Origin: Squalus acanthias
Lineage: Eukaryota
Length of the DNA stretch: 64,000 nucleotides
Assembly (NCBI GenBank): GCA_030390025.1
Contig: CM059432.1
Location: 3,906,001 to 3,970,000 of the forward strand
Direction of reading: 5' to 3'
This document shows, one piece after another, positions 51,329-62,622 of the stretch (position 1 is its first letter; each line of letters opens with the position of its first letter). Under the pieces are notes generated by a model. The model was given only the letters and a program-made list of their open reading frames with translations, had not been told where the DNA came from and did no database searches. The translations under genes and the position numbers were made by a program.

Positions 51329-52457
51329 GAAAAAAATTGGATATATACTTGAAAAAGATAATCGGGTGCGGTCTGAGCATCATCCTCCCTCTCCACCCTT
51401 TACATCTCCTCAAAAATCTGCCCTATTTGTACTGATCTTAATCATTTACATGTTGTGTATTTTTTCATGCTATTATGTCTCTGTCAGTCCGTGTTCGGTG
51501 GGTGTATTTGATATGTTTGATTGCCCTCTTCATCCTTCACAAGTCACTGTTAATGATTTCAGGACACAATGGAAAGTGGTGGACCACTTGGAACAAACAA
51601 ACCAGGTATATGTTTCAGTTCGAAAGAAATCAAAGAGATTGAAAGCTCTCCAGAGGATTTGCTCTGTAGTAGATTTTTTTTTGATGTGTTCCTTTCTCGT
51701 TAGAAATGCCGGAGGCAGTGAGTCCCTTTTGTTAATGACCTTTTCCATATTGTGAGGTCAATGCTACCTTAGGCCTGCCTCCAAATTCCAGAGACATTCA
51801 TTCATCTTTTGTTCTGGGTCCACTTCCCTCTGAGATGGTTGCAAATCCTCGTACAGTACAGGATGTACCTTCCGGGGCATTAATGAGCAAAAAAAAACAC
51901 TAGACAAAGGTTTTTCAATGGGGCTCACACTGTGTTCAGACAGCGGCAGAAACACTGAGCGTCAAGAATATAGAAGACTGGAATTTATTGATTTTGAACA
52001 GTGAAGAGATTGGTTATAAAGATGTAAAAGAGTCCTGGGGATATTACTGAGGATTGAAGAATTTGAAGGCGATGTTGGGGTGACAAAGGGAATGAACGAA
52101 ATCTAATTCCCAGACTGGCACCGATTTGACTAGTACATTGACAGAAACATCAACTGGAAATACTATGAGCATGGTTTAAGTAGGATAATTTATTGTCATT
52201 TATATTATCATTCAGTGCATCTTTAAGTGCTTAGATCTGAGACCAAAATGCGACACGCACTATCACAAAAATTAAAAGGAAGATATTTACATTCAGAATC
52301 CAGAATATGGGCAGACATGAAACACAGCCTTGAACTATTCCTGAGAGCACAGCAGAGCGAATGGGTAATGGAGTGAGCTGGAAACTGCCTGAGGACCTCC
52401 AAGATGGAGGTTTGGTGAGAATGGAAATTAACTGCAGCAGAGGAACGAGGTGCTAGA

Positions 52458-53545
52458 TAACAACAACTTGTATTTATAGAGCGCCTTTAACGTAGTAAAA
52501 CATCCCAGGGCGCTTCACAGGAGCGATTATCAGACAAAATTTGACACCGAGCCACATAAGGAGCTATTAGGACTGGTGACCGAAAGATTCATAGAATCAT
52601 AGAATAAAATCATAGAATGGTTACAGCACAGAAGGAGGCCATTCGGCCCGTTGAGCAAGAGCACGTCAGCTAGTCCCACTCCCCCGCCCTTTCCCCGTAG
52701 CCCTGCAATTTTTTTTTCAGATACTTATCCAATTCCCTTTTGAAAGCCATGATTGAGTCTGCCTCCACCACCCTTTCAGGCAGTGCATTCCAGATCCTAA
52801 CCACTCGCTGCATAAAAAAGTTTTTCCTCATGTCGCCTTTGGTTCTTCTGCCAAGCACCTTAAATCTGTGTCCTCTGGTTCTCGACCCTTCCGCCAATGG
52901 GAACAGTTTCTCTCTATCTACTCTGTCCAGACCCCTCATGATTTTGAACACATTGATCAAATCGCCTCTCAACTTTCTCTACCCTAAGGAGAACAACCCC
53001 AGCTTCTCCAGTCTATCCACGTAACTGAAGTCCCTCATCCCTGGAACATTTCTTGTAAATCTTTTCTGCACCCTCTCTAAGGCCTTCACATCCTTCCTAA
53101 AGCGCGGTGCCCAGAATTGGATACAATACTTCAGTTGAGGCCGAACCGGTGTTTTATAAAGGTTCATCATAGCTTGGTAAAAGAGATAGGTTTTAAGGAG
53201 TGTCTTAAAGGAGGAGAGAGAGGTCAAGAGGCGAAGATGTTAAGGGAGGGAATTCCAGAGTTTAGGACCTTGGCGGCTGAAAGTATGGCCGCCAATGGTG
53301 GAGCGATACGGTTGCGCAAGAGGCCAGAATTGGAGGAGCGCAGAGATCTCAGAGGGGTGTGGGGCTGGAGGAGTTTACCGAAATAGGGAGGGGGCGAGGC
53401 CATGGAGGGATTTGAAAACAAGGATGAGAATTTTAAAATCGAGGCGTTGCCAGACCGGGAGCCAATGCAGGTCAGCGAGCACAGGGGGCGATGGGTGAAT
53501 GGGATGTGGTGCGAGTTAGAATACAGGCAGCAGCGATTTGGATGA
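52458..53545 (-). mobile_element. L2 3' end with nested CR1 3' end (about 52586-53170)
   Basis: L2 tail and LHWL motifs flank CR1 RTRGH/WNALP motifs. Confidence 0.85.
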
Positions 53546-54044
53546 AGACACCTGCAACATGTTGGCAAAAGTAGCTCTTTACCCCAGCCCCGTGGAAATA
53601 GTTGCAGAGAGCAGGAAAGACAGAGGCTTATTATCGCTGTCATGCATTATGCATGGAATATTTTCATGGAAATGTTTGGCTGGCTCTGAAATGAGCCTCA
53701 AGATGATTTAATGTGCTAGGAATGTGTCTCCGTGCTGTTGTCTGATTTTTGCAGAGTGCATCAAATATTTAGCATAAACATCCCATTTCATAAGTAAGGG
53801 GAGCAATTGCATCAACACACTTTCCAGGGTGAAAAGTGCATTAGATTGAAGGATGACTGCGATGAATGGAATAATAGGGAGCCAGGAGAGGAGGTTACAA
53901 GGTAGGAACACAATCTCAGGGATTCAGGAGCACAACAATTTGCGACTAAAGCTTTGCAGCTTATTCAAGTCGCAACGACCCCCACATTATGTCACAGCCT
54001 TTAAATTTCTTCTAGGTACCTGCTGCATTTAATCGCTTCACCAG

Positions 54045-55655
54045 GGATAAACCAGGGAATTACAGGCCAGTGAGCCTAACATCAGTGGTAGAGAAATTAT
54101 TGGAAAAAATTCTGAGGGACAGAATTAGTCTCCACTTGGAGAGGCAAGGATTAATCAAGAATAGTCAGCATGGCTTTGTCAGGGGGAGATCATGTCTAAC
54201 CAATTTGATTGAATTTTTCGAGGGAGTGACTAGGTGTGTGGATGAGGGTAGTGCAGTTGATGTAGTCTACATGGACTTCAGTAAGGCATTTGACAAAGTC
54301 CCACATGGGAGACTGGTCAAGAAGGTAAGAGCCCATGGGATCCAGGGCAATTTGGCACATTGGATCCAAAATTGGCTTCATGGCAGGAGGCAGAGGGTGA
54401 TGGTCGAAGGTTGTTTTTGTGACTGGAAGCCTGTGTCCAGTGGTGTACCGCAGGGATCGGTGCTGGGTCCTTTGCTGTTTGTAGTGTACATTAATGATTT
54501 AGATATGAATGTAGGAGGTATGATCAGTAAGTTCGCAGATGACACGAGAATTGGTGGAGTGGTAATTAGCGAGGAGGGAAGCCTTAGGCTACAGGACGAT
54601 ATAGACGGGTTGGTCAGATGGGCAGAACAGTGGCAAATGGAATTTAACCCTGAAAAGTGTGAGGTGATGCATTTTGGGAGGACTAACAAGGCAAGGGAAT
54701 ACACAATGAATGGTAGGACCCTAGGAAGGACAGAGGATCAGAGGGACCTTGGTGTGCATGTACATAGATACCTGAAGGCAGCAGGACAGGTAGATAAGGT
54801 GGTTAAAAAGGCATATGGGATACTTGCCTTCATTAGCTGAGGCATAGAATATAAGAGCAGGGAGGTTATGATGGACGATAGCAAAATACTGCGGATGGAA
54901 AATTGAAACAACAACAGAAAACGCTGGAAAAACTCAGCAGGCCAGGCAACATCCGTGGAGAGAGAAACAGAGTTAACGTTTCAGGTCAAACGTTAACTCT
55001 GTTTCTCTCTCCATGGATGTTGCCTGGCCTGCTGAGTTTTTCCAGCGTTTTCTGAGGTTATGATGGAGCTGTACAAAACGCTAGTTAGGCCACAGCTGGA
55101 ATACTGTGTGCAGTTCTGGTCGCCACGCTATAGGAGGGATGTGATTGCATTGGAGAGGGTGCAGAGGAGATTCACCAGGATGTTACCTGGGCTGCAGCGC
55201 TTCAGCTATGAAGAGAGACTGGACAGGCTGGGGTTGTTTTCCTTAGAGCAGAGAAGGCTGAGGGGGGGACCTGATTGAGGTGTACAAAATCATGAGGGGC
55301 ATAGATAGGGTAGATAGAAAGGAACTTTTCCCCTTAGTAGAGGGGTCAATAACCAGGGGGCATAGTTTCAAGGTAAGGGGCAGGAGGTTTAGAGGGGATT
55401 TGAGGAAAAACTTTTTCACCCAGAGGGTGGTTGGAATCTGGAACTCACTACCTGAAAGGGTGGTAGAGGCAGGAACCCTCACAACATTCAAGCAGCATTT
55501 AGATGAGCACTTGAAACGCCACAGCATACAAGGCTACGGACCAAGTGCTGGAAAATGGGATTAGAATAGACAGGGCTTGATGGCCGGCGCGGACACGATG
55601 GGCCGAAGGGCCTCTTTCTGTGCTGTATAACTCGATGACTCTATGACTCTATGAC
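54045..55655 (+). mobile_element. CR1 LINE RT and 3' end
   Basis: ORF 54070-54840 with complete RT motifs; continues after a fold-back insertion. Confidence 0.95.
54876..55053. mobile_element. Miniature fold-back Penelope-tail insertion
   Basis: 14-bp TSD gaggttatgatgga; inverted arms of about 67 bp with a 6-nt loop. Confidence 0.85.
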
Positions 55656-56047
55656 CATTGGCGGCCGTGCCTTCAGCTGCCTGGGGCCCTAAGTTCTGGA
55701 ATTCCCTCCCTAAACCTCTCCGCCTCTCGACCTCTGTCTCCTCCTTTATTATAAGCATTATTAGTAATAATTTTACTATTAAACTCGATTATTATTCCTA
55801 CATTACAACAGTGACTACACTGCAAAAGAACTTCATTGGCTGTAAAGGGCTTTGGGACGTCCTGAGGTTGTGAAAGGCGCTTTAAAAATGCAAGTCTTTT
55901 TTTTAAGACGCTCCTTAAAACCTCTATCTTTGACCAAGCTTTTGGTCACCTGCCCTAATATCTCCTTGTGTGGCTCGGTGTCAAATGTTGTCTGATAATC
56001 GCTCCTGTGAAGCACCTTGGGACGTTTCACTACGTTAAAGGTGTTGT
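55656..56047 (+). mobile_element. L2 3' end with a SINE tail fragment
   Basis: GPKFWNSLPKPLRLSTS; tail. Confidence 0.75.
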
Positions 56048-56174
56048 TTCAATAATAAATAAACTAATGGCGGTAATTTTAACTTTTAATCCCAGGTGGT
56101 AAGCGGGTGAATCCGCCGCCCAATTTACACACTCACCCGATTTTCTTTTTCAAGTATATATCTAACTCCCTTCA

Positions 56175-56720
56175 GTGTTGGCCGTGGCTGAGTGGGCAGC
56201 ACGCCTCGCCTCTGAGTCAGAAGGTTGTGGGTTCAAGTCCCACTGCAGAGACTTGAGCACAAGAATGTAGGCTGACCCTCCCTGTGCAGTGCTGAGGGAG
56301 TGCTGCACTGTCAGAGGTGCCGTCTTTCAACTAAAATGTTAAACCGAGGCCCCGTCTGCCTCGTCAGATGGACTTTAAAGATCACACGGCACTATTTTGA
56401 AGAAGAGCAGGGGGGAGTTCTCCCCGGTGTCCTGGCCAATATTTATCCCTTAACCAACATCACTAAAAAATAGAAGGTGGCTTCTCCCCCATACCAAACC
56501 TGCCAGGAACAGAAGCTGGGGCCAGAAGAAGCCCAGCCCAATATTTATCCCTCAACCAGCATCACTTAAAAACAGACTATCTGGTCATTAGCACGTTGCT
56601 GTTTGTGGGAGCTTGCTGTGTGCAAATTGGCTGCTGCGTTTCCTACATTACAACAGTGACTACACTTCATCGGCTGCCAAGTGCTTTGGGGACATCCTGA
56701 GGTTGTGAAAGATGCTGCAT
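56175..56720 (+). mobile_element. DeuSINE with internal duplication and insertion
   Basis: Head, core and tail; ccaatatttatccct motif repeated. Confidence 0.85.
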
Positions 56721-56724
56721 TAAT

Positions 56725-57025
56725 CTAGGATGAGGGGGCATCGTCTAAAAATTAGAGCCAGGCCTTTCAGGAATGAAATTAGGAAACACTTCTACGCACA
56801 AAGGGTGGTCGAAGTTTGGAACTCTCTTCCGCAAACGGCAATTGATGCTAGATCAATTGTTAATTTTAAATCTGAGATTGATAGGTTTTTGTTAACCAAA
56901 GGTATTAAAGGATATGGGCCAAAGGCGGGTCTATGGAGTTAGGTCGCAGATCAGCCATGATCTCATTGAATGGCGGAACAGGCTCGAGGGGCTGAATGGC
57001 CTCCTCCTGCTCCTATGTTCCTAGA
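56725..57025 (+). mobile_element. CR1 3' end
   Basis: HFYAQRVVEVWNSLP. Confidence 0.85.
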
Positions 57026-57597
57026 ATGATAGAATCTTGCAGCACAGAAGGAGACCATTCAGCCCGTCGAGCCTGTGCTGGCTCTTTGAAAGAGCTGTCC
57101 AATTTAGAACATAAAAACATAAGGATTAGGAGCAGGAGTCGGCCATTCGGCCCCTCGAGCCTGCTCCGCCATTCAATAAGATCGTGGCTGATCTTCGACC
57201 TCATCTGCACTTTCCTGCCCGATCCCCATATCCCCCTGATGTCAGTCTTTCATTTTTGTTTTCGCTGTTGTCCATTTTCGTGGTTTAAAATTTAAAATGG
57301 CCTTCAATGTGTTTCTGGAAAGCTCTTACGATGAAAATGTCAAAGTCGTCAACAACATTCGATACAATTAAAAAAAAACTTCCCAAAAACATTAACTGGA
57401 CAGGATGCAATATGTTCAAGCCTGTCAGAGTAATAACATTGGCACTGGAGCCGCACAGCATGTACATTGAGGCAAAATGCAATTGTTACTGAGTCTTGTC
57501 ACAGAGATAGCAGGGCTGTGAGAGCTGACACAGAATCAGGCAGTGTTCTCCATTCATTCTATTTTAATGAGATTTTTTTTTACTTTGCGCGAGGCAG

Positions 57598-58145
57598 CAT
57601 TGCACAGTTTTGGCTTCCTTATCTGAGGAAGGACATACTTGCCTTAGAGGCGGTGCAACGAAGGTTGATCCCTGGGATGAGAGGGTTGCCCTATGACGAG
57701 AGATTGAGTAGAATGGACCAATACTCTCTGGAGTTTAGAAGAATGAGAGGTGATCTCATTGAAACATATAAGATTCTGAGGCGGATAGGCAGGGTAGATG
57801 CTGAGAGGCTGTTTCCCCTGGCTGGAGAGTCTAGAAGTAGGGGGCACAGTCTCAGGATAAGGGGTCGGCCCTTTAAGACTGAGATGAGGAGGAATTTCTT
57901 CACTCGGAGGGTTGTGAATCTTTGGAATTCTCTGCCCCAGAGGGCTGTGAATGCTGAATCATTGAGTATATTCAAGAGGGAGAGAGACAGATTTTTGGAC
58001 TCTAGGGAATCAAGGGATATGGGGATCGGGCGGGAAAGTGGAGTTGAGGTCGAAAATCAGCCATGATCTTATTGAATGGCGGAGCAGGCTCGAGGGTCCG
58101 TATGGCCGACTCCTGCTCCTAATTCTTATGTTCTTATGTTCTTAA
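57598..58145 (+). mobile_element. CR1 3' end
   Basis: QFWLPYLRKDI...RRVVNLWNSLP; (ttcttatg)n tail. Confidence 0.9.
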
Positions 58146-59426
58146 TTAAGCATTGTTGCTGGGGATTCTGGAACGGTAACGAACAGTTCCAGGTTAAGTA
58201 CTGAGGCAGCTATAGTGCTGGAAATAAACCCCCCTCCCCACCTCCGCCCCACCGCACCCCCCCAACCATTTCCGCAATTCAGCAAAGTGGATGACACCCT
58301 CATACAAAAGCAAAATACTGCGGATGCTGAAAATCTGAAATAAAAACAGAAAATGCTGGAAACACTCAACAGGTCAGGCAGCATCTGTGGAGAGAGAAAC
58401 AGAGTTAATGGGAAAAATCTTTCGGGGGGTCAGCAGGTGCGTTCGTTGGCGGGTCGGGTGGGAAAAAAAATTTTTTTGACAGCAGGTCGGGACCCCACTG
58501 TCAACCCGCCACCACGCGCCTTTCCCAGATGTCGGGTCTGTCAGAGCTGAACAGACCCGCCATGCAGCGGCGGGGGAGGCAATTCAGGTCATTATGACCT
58601 TGGTAACAGCCCATTAAGAAGTATTTTGAGCTCACCTCACCATTTTACGAGGTCGCCCACGGGGTCCACGCTGCTCGGGAATCACGTCAGGTAAGGAGGT
58701 CTGGAGTTGTATGACCATTGGATCATCTCCTTACTTGACAGCTGCAAATGTACTATAAAAGCTCCCATCTCACAGCTGTTCACTTTCCAAGCTCAGAAGC
58801 TGTTGCTTACTGCATTTGGAAGACAGATTGACCTTTATGCAGCTTGCAAGTGTTTGGAGCAAACTCTCCTTCTAGTGTCGTCTCATTGGAACAACCTCTC
58901 TCACCATCTTCAGATCGCGTCTGTCATCTCAAGTTCAACTGCCATCTACTACCTCAGCGTCGGTGCCCTTGAAACTATCTCACCTTGGTCCTTGGTCCTT
59001 GGAGTTCTCCCTGGTGTCCTGGGCCAATATATCTCCCTCAACCAACATAATAAAAACAGATTATCTGGTCATTATCACATTGCTGTTTGTGGGAGCTTGC
59101 TGTGCGCAAAACATTACAACAGTGACTCCACTGCAAAAGTACTTCATTGGCTGTAAAGCGCTTTGAGACGTCCGGTGGTCGTGAAAGACGCTATATAAAT
59201 GCAAGTCTTTCTTTCTTTCTCAGAACCCCACCACGATCAGTCCCAACACCAGCAGCACCATGCACGCCCGCAGCACCAACAACAAAACCAACCTTCTCCG
59301 CAATCACCTGATGCTGCACAGAACACAGGGCATCAGCACCCGAGCACATTGCTGCCCGGGAGGCCAGGGATGGCCTCACCACGGCCGGATTTACTTCACT
59401 TGATGCTGTACACCCTGGCTGCCACA

Positions 59427-61280
59427 TGTAGCACGAGCTTTTTGGCCAATTTTTGTGAATCATATTTTATATCTAAAACCCCAAGAAAAGAACTGTACTG
59501 TTGGGCAAGCTTGTGGGAGTGGCTTAGGGAATCGGATTGCAAGCCAGGCCAACCTGACTAAGGTGCATTCATATGCAAACGGCCATCTCACACTGACAGG
59601 CTGGGAGGAAGGAAACCAGGCCGATTGACGTCATCACCATCTAACATGATTACTGGGAACAATGGCCCAGAAATGAAACATCGATGGTTCCCGCAGGGGT
59701 AAGCATTCCCCGCGATATCACACTCCGCGCCTACCTTTTTGTTTGGGGCCCACATGAACTTTAGTTTCAGAGCCTCTTCTTGTTGCAACCGCGCAGTGTG
59801 TGCGTATCCCAGAGGCGCAATTAGTTCGTGCGAGCTCTGGGATCACGTGATTCAGTTAGAGCCAATGGCAGCACACCATCTTTCATTCATAGTTTTGACA
59901 GCTATGAATACTACAAACCCCCAAAAGAACAGCTAAACCTCAATTAAATTTTAAAAAAAGCCATCACATTAATAAAATAAGTTTAGTTAAATAAATTAAC
60001 CACTTTAAACAAAAAATTAAATTTTTGAAAAAATTTAAAATCTTTTTAAAAGTTATAAAAATAAACTTACCTTTCTTTAAAGTCTCTAAAAAAGATAAAC
60101 CTGTTGAAAAAAATTTAAAATAACACTTAATTAACTACTTACCTTGTTAAAAGGGGGTCCTACGCCTACTTTCTTTATGTGTAAAATCTTCACCACTTAC
60201 CTGCGTGTTCAAACCTGAAAAAAAAACTAAGTGCACTGCATGCGCGCAGCCTGTAGCGCGCACGCGGTTCACTTAGGAACCGCCCCCTTTGCAATTCACG
60301 AAGTGCCGGTTTCCCGCGCATGCGCAGTGCATGCAGGAAACCGGCAATTCGGGATCTAATACGCGAGAGTACACAGTGCGTACTCTCGCGTATTAGGTTT
60401 AATTTTCGGGCCAATACCCCGAGAGGTAATTCAGAGACACGATGCCCTCTCATCAATAAAGCACAGTCCCAACCGAAACTGGTGGAAGGCAGGAGATGGC
60501 CAGGCCATTGTCTTCCAGGAGATAAGCCAGTTAAGCAAGTTCGGTTTGAGATTGAAACCTGCTAATGGGGCCATCAACTCAGGAAATGACATACATCCAG
60601 TAATCAGCACTCATTGTCTCTCCAGGTGCCAGGCCTGGGAGCGGGGAAACGGAATATCATTTTTCACAAAGATTTCAAAGGTCATGAGTCACTCCAGGCC
60701 ACAGGGGGGTCCAGACAGATCACCTGAGTCAATACATCGATCAGTATTGGCGGGAGGTAAAGGCGATGGGTTTTGTGTCTATCAGGAGCTGTTCAGGGGC
60801 TGCTTTTTCTTCTCCTCGGCGTCAGTCTACAGCGAGTTTCCCAAGTGAGGCTCGGCTCGACGGACCACTGCCAGAAGCTGAGCGCTGCTCCTCATCCCAC
60901 ATCAACGGACCTCGACTCAAACTGGAACTTGGATACCGTGTCGGCGGTACGGAACCAGGAGCGAGACGGACAGGAAGAAACTGCAAGCAAGACAACGGGC
61001 AATCGGGGTGAGCATATTGCCTGCGCCTACACATCCACAAGACCACTTAGCTGTGTGAGGGGGTGATTGTAAGTCCCAACCAAACCTTAGAGGGGTTTAG
61101 TGCTGGGGTCCCGTGTTAGTTTATCTCACGGGGGGGGGGGGGGGGTTCTTTTATTAGACCGTGGTAATTTAGCACGGTATGGCTTGTTGGACAAGCCAGG
61201 GTTGTATTGTTTAGTACTGTGACGAGCGTTACTGTTAATCCTATTAAACACAGTAGTAAGAGATGTGTTTTCGGTGCACA
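59427..61280 (+). mobile_element. LTR-like insertion (tgtagcac...gtgcaca), unclassified
   Basis: Absent from the homologous element near 33705; cacatg at both junctions; ATTAAA near the 3' end. Confidence 0.6.
59664..60412. mobile_element. Harbinger-like MITE (family of 11072-11834)
   Basis: TIRs ggcccagaaat / attttcgggcc; TSD AAT. Confidence 0.85.
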
Positions 61281-62243
61281 TGATGCACCAGGTTGGCACC
61301 ACCCCACACCAACACCATAACGCATCCCTGCAATGCCCAAGCCATTCCTTTCACACTCATCACCATTATGGAGGATACCGTTATGTCTCACCATTCACTG
61401 CAACTCACTAAGCCACTTCCAAAGGTGCACACAAATATGTCCAAGAACACAAAGTGTTGAAAAAACTTTACATGAACATTGCATAAAACACCCAAGTGCC
61501 TACCCTTGTGTGTTGTTAGTTGGTATGATTGCACTAGGATGAGGGTGTGTGTGAGGGTCGGCAAGTGAGATGGGGAAATGATAATATAGATAGAGAGGGA
61601 TGGGTGGAGGTGCAAGGTAAGTTGGTGTAAGGATGTGCAGGAGTAGGGTAGGGAAGGCAGAGTGATGGGGAGGTGATGAGTGGCACAGCAGGATGAGGTT
61701 GAGTGTGGCTTGGCAGTAACGTTTCGTGACCTACTGAGATCATTGAAAGGTTTGCACCACTGCAGCCTGGTCCTCCTGATGACATCCCTGCTTGTGCCCT
61801 CCTGTGCAATATGCAACCAGATTGTGTTGGTCTCAGGGGCGGTCTCTTCTGCCCATGGGAAGGGAAGAGAACCTCCCTGCGGGCTGTGACTCCCTCCATA
61901 AGCATATGGAGGGAGTCATGGGAGAGCCTGGGTGCAGCCGTGCACCTCTGTACAGTGATTGTCAGTTTTTGCAGCACCTCAATGCTGCTCAACACTGACA
62001 GCACAACTGTCAAGATCAATTTGCGCGTGATCCTTTTAAGGAAACCGGCTGATGACGTGTCTTCAAATGACGTCATCAGATCTGCTTCCTTCAATTGGCT
62101 GGGAACCTCGCTGGGCGGGCTTAACAATCCCGATCAAGGGAAAATCATTTAGGACAGCGGGATAGAGCCAGCAGTGGGGTCAGGACCCGCCACGGACCCG
62201 CCGAGGTAGGGGAAATCGCGGCCACCATTTCAGGTCGACGGTA

Positions 62244-62273
62244 CTGATGAAAGGTCATCGACCTGAAACGTTA
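62244..62273 (+). ncRNA. Minimal hammerhead ribozyme motif
   Basis: CTGATGA a aggtc-atc-gacct GAAA cgtta. Confidence 0.68.
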
Positions 62274-62622
62274 ACTCTGTTTCACTCTCCACAAGATGCT
62301 GCCTGACCTGCTGAGTGTCTCCAGCATTATCTGTTTTAGTTTTGGATAATGCCCTTGCCCATCTAACCAATCCGGGCACAGCTTTAGACCAAAGACAGCT
62401 TTGTGCTGCATATTTACTGTTGCGGTATGGTGATCTCATGGACTTCCTGAGATTCTCTTTTCATTTTCCCAGGCATGCTATCTAACTTACCTAAAACTCA
62501 GAGCGAGGGAAGATTGCCCTTAAGGCCTTAGGGAGCTGGGGCTCACCTATGGGAGTGGTGGCAGAGTGGTTATGTTACTGGACTAGTAATCCTGAGGCCT
62601 GGACTAATGATCTGAAGATTTT

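Larger units (their letters stand above)
58410..62223 (-). mobile_element. Harbinger deletion derivative (homologue of 32712-34483) with nested insertions
   Basis: Reverse-complement homology at both ends; AAPRLSHDSL...LQWCKPFNDL Myb/SANT remnant at about 61730-61945. Confidence 0.82.
58301..62342. mobile_element. Fold-back Penelope-tail insertion split by a 3.8-kb Harbinger derivative
   Basis: Arms 58301-58409 and 62227-62342; diverged TSD tggatgacaccct / tggataatgccct. Confidence 0.72.
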
